64,000 nucleotides of DNA from Stegostoma tigrinum (Eukaryota): positions 24,856,647 through 24,920,646 of the forward strand of contig NC_081387.1 in assembly GCF_030684315.1 (NCBI RefSeq), in the 5' to 3' direction. Each line of letters opens with the position of its first letter. Positions within the stretch are counted from its first letter, which is position 1. A model generated the notes under the pieces. The model searched no databases and was not told where the DNA came from. It was given only the letters and a program-made list of their open reading frames with translations. A program made the position numbers and the translations under genes. Shown here piece by piece: positions 25,887 through 37,208 of this stretch.

Positions 25887-28265
25887 ATGAATCCCGAGAA
25901 CAAGTTGCTGGAGCTGGAGAATGGGGGGCTGCTTCCCGTCAGGGACGGAGCCTCGAAGAGAAGCTACTTCTGGCCGGCTCTCTGTGCGCTCGCTGTGCTC
26001 GGCTTGTTGCTGGTTTCGTCCTGTCTCTTCCTGGCTCATTTTGGAGTTCTCCCTTCAAAGCAGGTGAGTGAGGATCTTGCATTTTGGAGAATAGGGGATC
26101 GGGCTCCCGCCTGCCGCTTGCATAGCTCCGGCAGAGGCGGGTGTTTGGAAGCGGTGGGGCCAAACTGGGAAGTGATTTCAGTCTCAGTTGCTGCTGTCAG
26201 CCTGGAGGCAAACAGGAGACTGTGATCCAAGTCGCTACTTTAACTGCTGTCTCCCAACGGCGAAGGAAATACCAAGCGATCTTCTCGCCAATCCTTCTAT
26301 GTCTCCAGTGTTAGCTCCGGGAAATGTTAGGATTGCTCCCTCTTCGGTGGTAAACACCAAGCGGGATTTCTCAGTCAGCGCTGCCGGTGCTACCATAGGA
26401 TAAGCAGGTACTGGCTGCTGTCAGTCTGGAATGGACAGTCACCGGTCTGAATGGCCCCATGGTGTGGCTCTGCACAGTCTGGATGGACAATAGTCGGTCT
26501 GCACTTTGCAGTCCAAAGTAGTGACTGTGAAAGGCAGCGTCTCTATGCAAAGTAATTTCTCTGTACAGTATAGTATTTCCCTACAATACACTGTCTCCCT
26601 CCGATACAGTGTCTCTCTGCACGACTGTGTTTCTTTACAATATGTCGAGTTTGTACAGTGCAGTGAGCTTGTTCATAGATCATACAAACCATCTACCTGC
26701 AGACCTGGGTTGATCATTACACCTGTTAGCAAATTTCACACCTTAACATCTGTCTTTTATTTTAAAATTCTTCAGGATTCAAGATCAACATTGCAAGTTG
26801 CCGGTCCATTGCTTTCAACAGCTGCTCAGACCAGCGGTAAATGTTATCCTTATTATTCTTTTTCTCTCTTAGCAATATCTCCGTCTGCCTCTGTGTTAAT
26901 ACTTGTCAATATTTCAGTCTTTTCATTGGCACGTTTCCTAACATTGCTGCATTTATCTTCATTTGCCAACCTTACGCTGAACCATTTCTCTATCCATTTT
27001 CCTGAATCATTATCATTCTAGCAAAATCTGTCAGATTGTAGTGATATTGGGCTTAACTCTGGGCTTCCAAACAAAGAGGCTGCCAGACCTGCTGGGTTTC
27101 TCCTGTCTTTTCCATTTTAAACTCACTCACTCGGCTGTCTCAGCAGCCCACCTGTGTATTGGTCTCTTCGTCACTCCCCAGCGCCCTCCGCCCCCACCCT
27201 GTCTGTCTGTGTGTCTGTCAGTCTGTGCTCTGTGGGTGATACAACAGTGACTGAACTTCCATCCTTTCCATTTCCAGGTTTGCCTCGTCTCATGAAGCAG
27301 GTGGGAAGTGACCCACGGCCGAGAATCGCTGCTCACCTGACAGGTACAGAACTTTTCTCAATGTGCCTGCATTCCCTGGAGAATAGTCCACAGTGGATGG
27401 GGAGGTGCAGGGGAGGACTGGGAAGGCATCTACTTACTTTATCAATAATGCAACGTGGAGAGAGCACCACAGGAGGAGAGCAGGAGATTACAGAGTTCTG
27501 GGCAAAGAGAAAGGGCATTGGTGTGAATTGGTTTATCTGAACACAGAGATAGCGCAGCACAAGGGTTAAAATCTTTCTGTGATCGGCATCTCTGTGAGTG
27601 CCAGAGTGATAATTGCCCTCGGGTGAATAATTAGGATGTAGACCACCCAGTTACTCCGATATTGTAAGCTGTGGGTCCTTGCTGTGCATAGATTGGTTTC
27701 TCCATTTCCTGCAATAGCATAGTCTTTCCATCAAAAACGCATCATTGGTTGTAAAGTGTTTTGTCATATCCCAGGTCATGACTTGGGCTACATAAATGCC
27801 TTTGTTTGATCCTCATGATGTCTTCTTTCTCTCCTTTTCCCAATCCCCTCAGCTTCAGCAAGGAATGAAAAAAAGAACATAATTTGGCAGAATTTGAGTG
27901 ACTCCACCTTCACTGAGGGAGTAGAGTTCAGGGACAACAGTATCATCATCAAGAGGCCAGGGCAGTACTTTGTCTACACTCAGGTGGTCTTCCACAGCAT
28001 GGGCTGTGAGCAACAGGCCATCTATCTCAGCCACGAGCTCACCAAGCAGTCGGCAAGTTATCCTGAGGAAGCCATTCTACTGAAAGCCACCAAATCTGCC
28101 TGCCACTCTCACCAACGTAGGGAGCCCTGGTACAAAACCTCCTACCAGGGAGCCATCTTTGAGTTTCTGGAGGGAGATCAGATCTTCTCCAGGGTTAATG
28201 AGGATGCAGTGGGATATGCAGACACAACCGAAGGAAAGACTTTCTTTGGAATATTTGCCTTGTAA
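25887..28265 (+). CDS. tnf: TNF-alpha-like type II membrane cytokine, copy 1 (divergent copy); exons 25887-26063, 26776-26836, 27278-27343, 27853-28265; 238 aa
   Basis: Start context CACCATG. All introns are GT-AG with phases 0,1,1 as in vertebrate TNF. Exons sum to 177+61+66+413=717 nt with an open frame. TM helix ends in HFGV (human TNF LHFGV). TNF homology domain motifs: AAHLT, W..., GVEFRDN, GQYFVYTQVVF, two Cys, PWY..YQGAIF, GKTFFGIFAL. TNF vs lymphotoxin orthology needs a phylogeny. Confidence 0.9.
26540..26670 (+). repeat. Degenerate ~18-nt tandem repeat in TNF intron 1
   Basis: Units such as TCTCTGTACAGTATAGTA / TCCCTACAATACACTG / TCCCTCCGATACAGTG; fewer units in copies 2-4. Confidence 0.5.
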
Positions 28266-29340
28266 CAATCCCATGTCACTTCCATTGGTTACCAATGGCT
28301 GATCAAGAATTTCAAATTGAAATTCAGTGCAATCTGACAAAGACATATTGTCTTCTTTATGACAGTTATATAGAAATTGCATTCCAAAACTACTGATTCT
28401 TATTGATGTGTATGCAAAGTGTTATCGGTTCTTTAATTTATTTCTTATTTAAGTTGTGATTTCTGTTGCTCATTTTATTTATTTAAATTAGTACTCCTCA
28501 CAGAGAGTTATCTGGCTATCCCTGGAGGAGGGAACAAGGATCCTGGGTCTGATATTTAGACTGATTATTCCCTGAGACCAGTTACACGTCCTTGAAGAAT
28601 ATGGACTATTCCTCATGAACAATTTGTATTCCAATGAATCACTGATTTCTTTGGGAAAACAAAGTAAGATGATTTATTTAGCTGCTGAGTGATGAAGGTC
28701 AAGCAAGACCCAGCAACGCATTGGCTTTCTATCTCCACAATGTGTTTTGTCCAGTCTTCACAGGACTTTACCTGTTGAGTATCTGTATGGTCAGTACTGT
28801 GATTAAAATGGTGAAACAATATTCAACAAACACTAACAATTTGGCTCAATAAATGTCGATTATTCACAATCTGAAGTGACCAATTGGTTTACATCTGCTT
28901 GGTTGCAGTGGATGTCGGAGTGGCATGTTTGCTGCTCTGATCAAAGGGTATTGGTTGAGTTTGTTCCTGAATGGAAATGCCGATTTCCCTTAGTGTGTTG
29001 TCGTCTCCAGTGGTCATCTTCAGAGTGGGTAATACACAGTGATCCTGGTGATAAAACTGATTGGTTCTGCGTGCGGAAAGATTTTTCATCTCAAATGTTG
29101 GACCGCTGAAGTTTAATTACTGTTCATTGACCAAACTCAATGTTTCATGTAAAACTGTAACATCTGTAATACAGGTGGCTTTCAATGGCAATAATATTGT
29201 CAAGTTTAAGAGGTTCCAGATTGATATAAGTTATTATTTAATTGTATTTATCAATAGGTGTATTTATATTATTTATATTAATATTTATGTGTGCAAAGAT
29301 AAACAGAAATTAATAAAACTATTTTCAGAGCATAAACTGT
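28266..29340 (+). promoter_or_regulatory. 3'UTR of copy 1 with AU-rich elements and poly(A) signal
   Basis: ATTTA clusters at ~28430-28490 and ~29231-29290 (five pentamers). AATAAA at 29312-29317 followed by GT/T-rich sequence. Extra AATAAA at 28848-28853. Confidence 0.7.
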
Positions 29341-30289
29341 TTCATTCTGAGTGTTGCACATTGATTTGGATGTGGAAACGTTTATGGACAGTGTTTCAAT
29401 GTGAGGATACTCTGGGTACTCTGTTAGAACTGACTGTCCCAATTCAGTGTTATCAAATTGGGAAACTGGGAGAGAGACAATTGAATGTTTGGGTATCTTG
29501 CACGATGAGGAGATTGTGAATCTGAGCAAAGAAATAAGAAGATTGATTGCTAATCTGGTTGGATTGGGATATTGCAGATTTGAGAAACAATAATGATCTT
29601 GGTAATCTTGCAGGTTGAGGGGATTGGGAATCTGAGAGAGGGAATCAAGAGTTTGAGAAAAAGGAACGAACAACAAAGGAAGGGAATAAATCGTGTGGCC
29701 TCCCCATGAACCTGCAGCATCATTCGATGAGGTCATGGCTGCCATTTGCATGCAGCTTGACTTTCCATCGAGAGTCTAACATTTCCTGATGTCCATGGTG
29801 TTGAAAAGCTTCTGTTCCCAACCTCAGTAATTGAGGATTGGAAATACTTGAATGAAAAATTTTGCTAATGTTTCTCAACTCTCCACCCAATGAGATTTCT
29901 TCCAAATCTGTCTATAATGGCCATTACATAATCCTCTGAATGTAGTACAAATCCTGCTTTGCCCTATTGGACCAACACTGCCTCTCAGCATCTTTCCTAA
30001 TGATTGGTCAGACTTGGTTTTGTTTCAAAGAGATCACGTCGTACTCATCGAAGCTCCAGTGAGTACATCTCCATTCTCCCACTCGCCACAGATGGGAGCC
30101 ACTGACTCAAGGAACCAAAGCTTTAGTCTATCATCTCCAAAATGAATGTATCTTAACCCAGGTGAAATGATTAACACGATACACAATTCTCCCGATGTGG
30201 CCCTCTGAATTGCCTGCCTGTGAAAAGGGAACATTTTTATGTGTCATTCAAGAAAATTTTGACAAAAAATAGTTAGAGTTGTGGATGAT

Positions 30290-31130
30290 GAGGTAGAATG
30301 TCAAAGGATTACGGGTTACAGATCGGTTAGAAAGTTGGGCAGAAAAACTGGAGATGGCAACAGCTGTGAGGTGATGCATTTTGGGAGGGCAAATCAGAGG
30401 TAAATATACAGTAAATGTCAGGGAGCTTCAGAGGGTTGATACACTAAAGGATTTTGGGATGTAAGTGCACAGCTTCCTGAAAGTGGCAACTCAAGTGGAT
30501 AAAGTGGCGAAGAAGGCACAGGGCATGCTTGTGTTTATCAGTGAGGGCATTGATGATAAAAGTTGGCAATCTTGCTGCAACCGTGTAAAACAATAGTTCA
30601 GCCTTGCTTGTGTTAGTATGTGTTGTTGTTGTCGCTGTACTATAGGGAGGATGTAAATGTTTTGGAGAGAGTGCGGAAGAGGGTTATCAGGATGTTGGCC
30701 ACACTGGATCATGTTAACTGTAAGCAGAGTATGCACAAGCATCAATTGACATCACTTGTGCATTCAATGCTGAAGGGTGACCTAACAGATGAACACAAAA
30801 TTCTAGAGACCTTACACAGGGTGGAGAGTTTGAGTCTTTACCCAGGGTGGAAATGCCAAGTAGTGGTAGCATTGTTTTAAAGTGAGAGGGTAAATGTTGA
30901 ATGCAAGTGTATGAGGATAGTCTGTTGGGTGCTGGGAATGCACTGCCACGAGATGTGGGAGAAATAGATACAATAGCAACGTTTAAGTGGCATTTAGACA
31001 TTCCATCAACAGGCAGAAAATAGTCGGATATGGACCATGCACAAGCAGAAGGGATTAGTTCAGAGTACCATCGTTGTTGGACCTGACATATTGGTCTGAA
31101 GAGTCTGTTCCTGTTCTGTGTTATTCTAAG
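30290..31130 (+). mobile_element. Old CR1 3' fragment downstream of copy 1 (5' half deleted in units 2-4)
   Basis: CEVMHFGR, ATQVDKVAKKA, YREDVNVLERVRKR remnants. Confidence 0.8.
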
Positions 31131-31534
31131 TTGAATGTTTTAAGATCAGCCAACTCCCTCGAAGTAGCAACAGGAAAGTAATGACACATATAGGAGGGAG
31201 AATAAAAAAAACCTTTTGATCCCAGATCAGTTCTTGGTAAAACATAGATAAATGTTCTGTTTACTATCCAGTGTTGCGAAACCACATCAATGGTTTTAAA
31301 AGCAGGCCAGCAGGTCACTTGAGGTGTAAGATGATGAGATAGAGAGCTGAGTATAAAAATCACTCGAGTCAACATGTAAGCATTATTGAAAAATACAAGG
31401 ATGTGGTGTATTGAAGAAAGCAAAACTCATATTCCAAAACTCCGAACCACAAGTAGAGACATCCAGCACTCAATGTCTGAGTAAATCACAGGTTTGTGAG
31501 AGATCAAAGGGCTTTCAAGAAGAAGTATTTAAAT

Positions 31535-32355
31535 TCTGTGGTTGATTCGCTCTCCGAGCTGGTTTGTTACTTGCAGCCTTTTCATTACACTGCTGGGAAA
31601 CATCATGACTAGCCTCCAATGAAGCACTGTGGTGTTTTCCCGCTTCTTATTTAGACTCTGGTGTGCACTGGATTCGGTCACCTCATTGCCAAACAGCTGG
31701 GTCCGATGATGTGTGTCACACAAATAACAGGAAGAAATAACAGAATTGACACATTTCCGCACATCCAGAACATGTCGGAACTGACCATAAGACTCTTGAG
31801 GCGACTGGGAATCAGAGTATCGCGCAAACCTGAATCAATGCTACACCAGCTGCTAACAAGAACCAAAGATCTCTTATCACTGTGCACAAACCCAATGTAA
31901 TATATGGGATTCCATGCAATGACTGCAACAAACATCACATGAAGGAAACTGGCTGCGAGAATACATGAACACCAACTCGCATCAAAAAGAAACGGCCAAT
32001 AGTCACTGATCTCCACACACACAGGAAGGAGAACCACCAGTTCGATTGGGACAGGATCAGGATCCTCGGGCAAGCCAATCAGAGGCAAGCATGCTTTCCT
32101 CCAAGAAGGCCATCAATAAACATGTGGGAATTAGACCCCTAACACACACCTATCTACTGCAAAGAAAAGCTGGAAATGAGGTAATCTGATGCAACGGACC
32201 CAGAGATTGAATAACAAGAGGGAGAACACAACCATGCTTCATCGGTGGCTGCACTGATTGTGTTACCCAGCAGGGCAATGAAATGTCAGCAAACTCATGA
32301 ACTAGCTCAGCGAGTGAACCAACCATATCAATCACAACCCGAGAAACATATCTCC
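31535..32355 (+). mobile_element. Second PLE family (Penelope/Poseidon-like) remnant with inverted 5' pLTR
   Basis: Remnant peptide TFPHIQNMSELTIRLLRRLGI..KP..LHQLLTRTKD followed by GIY-YIG-like IPC.DC/RIHEH. Decayed hammerhead CTGATTG-TGTTACCC-AGCA-GGGCAAT-GAAATGTC ~32254-32287, with an inverted copy at ~31570-31610. Confidence 0.75.
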
Positions 32356-33169
32356 TCAAGAAACTGAGCTGTTCACTTCTACATGAAAACCATTATGTAA
32401 AGGCGTTGTCTTGAAGGATGCCAGGCAAGCCTGCAGATGATTGACAATTGTTTGGAAGTAAACACTTTCTTTACTTTATATTGCTGTCCTTTTCCAAGAG
32501 AACCTTTAAAACTCCTTAAATTCATCATTTGATGCTTTCATCAACAAAGGATGATGCAGATGTGAGCGCAGCAGAACATATAGTTACAACTGATATTTAT
32601 AACTGAGAATCATGAACACCACCTTCGTGCTCAATGGAATATAATGTCCATGTCAATGGAGTTGGGCAATGAGAATCCAATTGTCAGGTGAGTCTCTTTG
32701 CTTGACTTATTTCAAAGTCACCTAGCCTGCTCCATGATGCATCAGTCTTGGCCGAGCATAGGACACACCAATAACAAGCTTCCCCCACTCTTTGAACAAA
32801 TGCTTTCATCAATTTTAATGTGAATTTGACGCAAAAGAAACGGCCTCCCAGACCTGATCTGTCATCAGGAATGATGTGTGAATTTGATAATATCACCCAC
32901 TGTGACTCTGTCAGGCGCTCTTTGAAAGTGTGTCAGGCTAACTCAGCCAAACACTTGTCCATTACGGAAATGGCTTGGTTTGTGATTTATTTTCCCATTT
33001 CTAGAAAGCATCTTGTAGCATATTGTTTTTGAGGAAGGGATGTTCAGTGAATGGAAATACGCACTCATTAAGCTCAATCTGACCAGCTGGAATGCAGGGC
33101 TTTCCATTTCTCAGGGAAGTATGGTCTGGGGTCAATCTTGAAAAATTCCTTTCAGTCCCAATCGTTGAT

Positions 33170-34480
33170 GCACTTTTTCCCCAATCCAAAATAGACATCA
33201 CCTCTCACTCCTCTGAAATCCAGTGAAAATAAGTTCACCCTGAAAAATCAATCCTTATCAGACAACCCTCCCATTCCAAGTATCGATCTCACAAGTCTCC
33301 TTCAGCACATTCACATTTTTCCCTTGGCAGTAGGATCGAAAATACAGACAGTGTGTCAAGAGAGCACAGTGTCCTTTCTTAGATATATAGTGTACCCAAT
33401 TGATTTTATAATAAAACACATGATTCCAGTCCCATTTCTGGTGATGTGATTTAGCTGCATAATAGCTTTACGGGATCCTTGCTCGAGAACATCAAGATAC
33501 ACTGGACTTCTGGAGTCATTCCATGTGGTTTCTTTCTGCCAATCAGAGAAAGGTGAACTAATGCATCTGCTGTGTTTGCTGCCGGCAAGCCAATCTTCTG
33601 TACATGTTAATGTTATCCCTACATCATGTGTTTCCATCCTGCACCATCACCATGATGTGACAACTTGGCAAATGCCACCTGTCTAATCCAGGTACAGTGC
33701 ACCAGTAACCTGTCCTTTATCCTTCATTACTCCTCCGAACATTTCTAATAAACCAACTAAATATGATTTCTCCTGACAAAAATCAAGTTGGTTCTTTTTC
33801 ACGAGCATTAATTGCAGGTACACAGAGAGAAGGCGTTGTAACAGTGTCCCTCTGAAAGATGTCATGTCAACTCTCCTATGGTTTCCCTTCTTGTATAGAG
33901 ACAGTACATGAGTTAATTTCAGTATGGTGGAACATTTCGTGCATCTTTTGAACTTTTAAAAATTCACACCAACAAATGGGCTGCCGCATTAGTCCTGCAG
34001 TATGACCCTGTCTTGCTCTGTCTATGTGTTCAGTAATACTTCCCGACTGAATATAATTTCATCATATTCCTGCACCCATTCCACCTCCGGATTTAATAAA
34101 TACCTGCTGATGCCTGCTTTCATTTCCTTATTCTCTGTGATTAACTGACCCATCTCACTATCCAGGGGACCAGCACGCAGTGTCCTTCCTCCGCTATGTT
34201 TGAAGTGGCCTGTAGAAACTGTTGTTTTTTCATGTTGAGTTAATTTTCTCATTCTGTCTCGTTTTGTCCTCTTGATTAATTTGTTCGTCATTCACTTCTG
34301 CTCCTTCGTATTTTTGCCCCAACATCTGATAAGTCACACATCCGTGTGCAATTGTATGCTTTTTATAAGCTTGATATTTGTGTACGTTATTTCGTTCACC
34401 ACTGGGGATGCATCTTCCCCTGACTAAAGGAGAAACCATGATTTCCCTGAGAAAGTTCGCGCTGTGCCCACCTGACATCT
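33170..34480 (-). mobile_element. Old CR1 ORF2 remnant directly upstream of the copy 2 promoter (duplicated at ~45150-46460 and ~57133-58443)
   Basis: Minus-strand peptides QLDFCQEKSYLVGLLEMF...ALYLD (QHGF.KGKSCLTNLLEFF...VVYLD) and GPLDSEMGQLITENKEM. Confidence 0.7.
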
Positions 34481-34544
34481 ACACATATCCCTCTATCGTT
34501 GTTGTCAGTGAAAGTGAGCACAAAGGAGAGACTGGGTGATATAT

Positions 34545-34750
34545 TGAAGCCCACTTTTGGTTCAGTGCAGCTTTCCCCGGATTTGGGGGAAACTGCTCTG
34601 GTTCCGCGTTGGGTGAAAGTTACACAGAGCGAGTCTCAATTTCGATGAGGAGAATGGTCACTTTCCAAACGCTAATGTTTCTGCCTGGGTATTTCCCACT
34701 CCATTGCATCACAGTTACCAGTGATGTGGTTCTGCTCGTTATAAGGAGCT
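34545..34750 (+). promoter_or_regulatory. Proximal promoter of TNF copy 2
   Basis: TATAA 34740-34744, GGGTATTTCCC 34687-34697, plus ATTGCATCA and TGTGGTT; homologous to the copy 1 promoter. Confidence 0.7.
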
Positions 34751-34867
34751 GTTGGTGAGCAGCAGCAGTTACAGAGCAGGCACCTCCAACCGAGTGAGAG
34801 AGACTGAGAGGCTGACCGGCTCAGAGTCACCCACTCACACACCGAGCTCCCGCTGCCTTCTGACACC

Positions 34868-37208
34868 ATGAATCCTGAGAACAAATTGCAGGAACTGGAG
34901 AATGGGGGGCTGCTTCCCGTCAGGGACGGAGCCTCGAAGAGAAGCTGCTTCTGGCCGGCTCTCTGTGCGCTCGCTGTGCTCGGCTTGTTGCTGGTTTCGT
35001 CCTGTCTCTTCCTGGCTCATTTTGGAGTTCTCCCTTCAAAGCAGGTGAGTGAGGATCTTGCATTTTGGAGAATAGGGGATCGGGCTCCCGCCTGCAGCTT
35101 GCATAACTCCGCCAGAGGCGGGTGTTTGGAAGCGGTGGGGCCAAACTGGGAAGTGATTTCAGTCTCAGTTGCTGCTGTCAGCCTGGAGGCAAACAGGAGA
35201 CTGTGATCCAAGTCGCTACTTTAGCTGCAGTCTCTCAACAGCGAAGCAAATACCGAGCGATTTTGTCGTCAATCCTGCTAAATCTCCATTGTTAGTGCAG
35301 GGAACTGTTAGAATTGCTCCCTGTTCGATGGTAAACGCCACATAAACGGGATTTCTCAGTCAGTGCTGCCGGTGCTACCATAGGAGAAGCAGGTACTGGC
35401 TGCTGTGAGTCGAGGGCAGTCACCGGTCTGAATGGCCCCATGGTGTGGCTCTGCACAGTCTGGATGGACAATAGTCTGTCTGCACTTTGCAGTCCAAAGT
35501 AGTGACTGTGAAAGGCAGCGTCTCTATGCAAAGTAATTTCTCTGTACAGTACAGTTTCTCAGTAAACACACTGTCTCCCTCCGATACAGTGTCTCCCCAA
35601 AATGTGTTGAGCTTGTACAGTGCAGCGAGCTTGTTTACAGATCAGACAGACCATGTACCTGTGGGCTGGGATGTCGAACCACTTCTGTTAGGTGCAGTGA
35701 AAATTCAGTGTATTTCAATATCTTAACATCTGTCCTTGTTGAACTTCTTCAGGATTCAAGACCAAAGCTGGAAGATCCCCATCCAGCCCTGACAACAGCT
35801 GCTCAGGCCAATGGTGTGTACTGTCACTGTCCATATATTATATTGCTTTGCTGATGTGTGTCTCTGTGTCAAACCTTTTCAATATTTCTGTCTTTTCATC
35901 TCTCATTTCCAGTATTACTGTATGTCACCTCTCTCAATCATGCTCTTTTGCTGTTTATGTGTCGATTTCCCTGAGCCATCGTCAGACTCTTGAGGACCCT
36001 CTCCCAGTTTGGAGTGATATTATACTTGAAATCTTCCCTCTCTTTCTCCCTCCACTGGTGTGTTTTCTCCTACAGTCGTCTCTCTCATTATCCCATCTGT
36101 GCAGTTGTCTCCTCTTCAGCCCCTCTCTCTCACCCTGTGTCTGTCATTCTGTGCTCTGTGGGTGTCACAACAGTGACTGAGTTTCCATCCTTTCCATTTC
36201 CAGGTTTGCCTCGTCTCATGAAGCAGGTGGGGAGTGTCCCAGGGCCGAGAATCGCTGCTCACCTGACAGGTACGGAAGTGTTCTCAATGTGACTGCATTC
36301 TCTGGAGAATAGTCTACAGTGGCTGGGGAGGTGTAGGGGAGGACTGGAAAGACATCTACTTTCTCTATCAGTAATGCCATGTGGAGAGAGCACCACAGGA
36401 GAAGAGCAAGAGGTTATTGGGATCTGGGAAAAGAGAAAGGAGATTGGTGTGAGCTGGTTCAGCTGAACCCTGAGATAGAACAGACACAAAGGTTAAAATC
36501 TTTCTGTGGTTGGCCTCTCTGTGTGTGTCAGAGTGAAAATTGCCCTCAGGGTAATAATTAAGTTGCAGTCCATCCAGTTTCTCTGAGATTGTAAGCTGTG
36601 GGACCTTGCTGTGCACAGATTGTTTGCTGCATTTCCTGCAATTGCATAGTCTTTCCATCAAAAACACATCATTGGTTGTATCGTGCTTTGTCATATCCCC
36701 AAGCCATGATTAGGGCTGTGTTAATACAAGCTGTATCTTTGTCTTTGTTCGATCCTCATGATTGCTTCTTTCTCTCCCTTCACCCTCCACCACAGCTTCA
36801 GCAAGAAATGAAAAAGGGGAAGTAATTTGGCAGAATGAGAGTGACTCCACCTTCACCGAGGGAGTGGAGTTCAGGGACAACCGTCTGATCATCAAGAGGC
36901 CGGGACAGTACTTTGTCTACACTCAGGTGGTCTTCCACAGCATGGGCTGTGAGCAACAGGCCATTTACCTCAGCCATGAGCTCGCCAAGCAGTCGGCAAG
37001 TTATCCTGAGGAAGCCGTCCTACTGAAAGCCACCAAATCTGCCTGCCACTCTCACCAACGTAGGGAGCCCTGGTACAAAACCTCCTACCAGGGAGCCATC
37101 TTTGAGTTTCTGGAGGGAGATGAGATCTTCTCCAGGGTTAATGAGGATGCAACGGGATTTGTAGACGCAGCCGAAGGAAAGACTTTCTTTGGAATATTTG
37201 CTGTGTAA
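34868..37208 (+). CDS. tnf: TNF-alpha-like cytokine, copy 2; exons 34868-35044, 35753-35813, 36204-36269, 36796-37208; 238 aa
   Basis: Same exon sizes (177/61/66/413) with GT-AG sites. Open frame MNPENKLQEL...GKTFFGIFAV. Confidence 0.9.

Noticed and set aside
25767-26225. Long exon-1 ORFs (152/112 aa) as standalone proteins
   Set aside because: They are read-through past a perfect CAG|GTGAGT donor; the upstream extension is 5'UTR with a GA microsatellite.
29139-29155. AATGTTTCATGTAAAAC, resembling the TNF constitutive decay element (Roquin site)
   Set aside because: Sequence-similar and present in all copies, but it does not form the canonical triloop stem (C-A mismatch); not supportable without folding or binding data.
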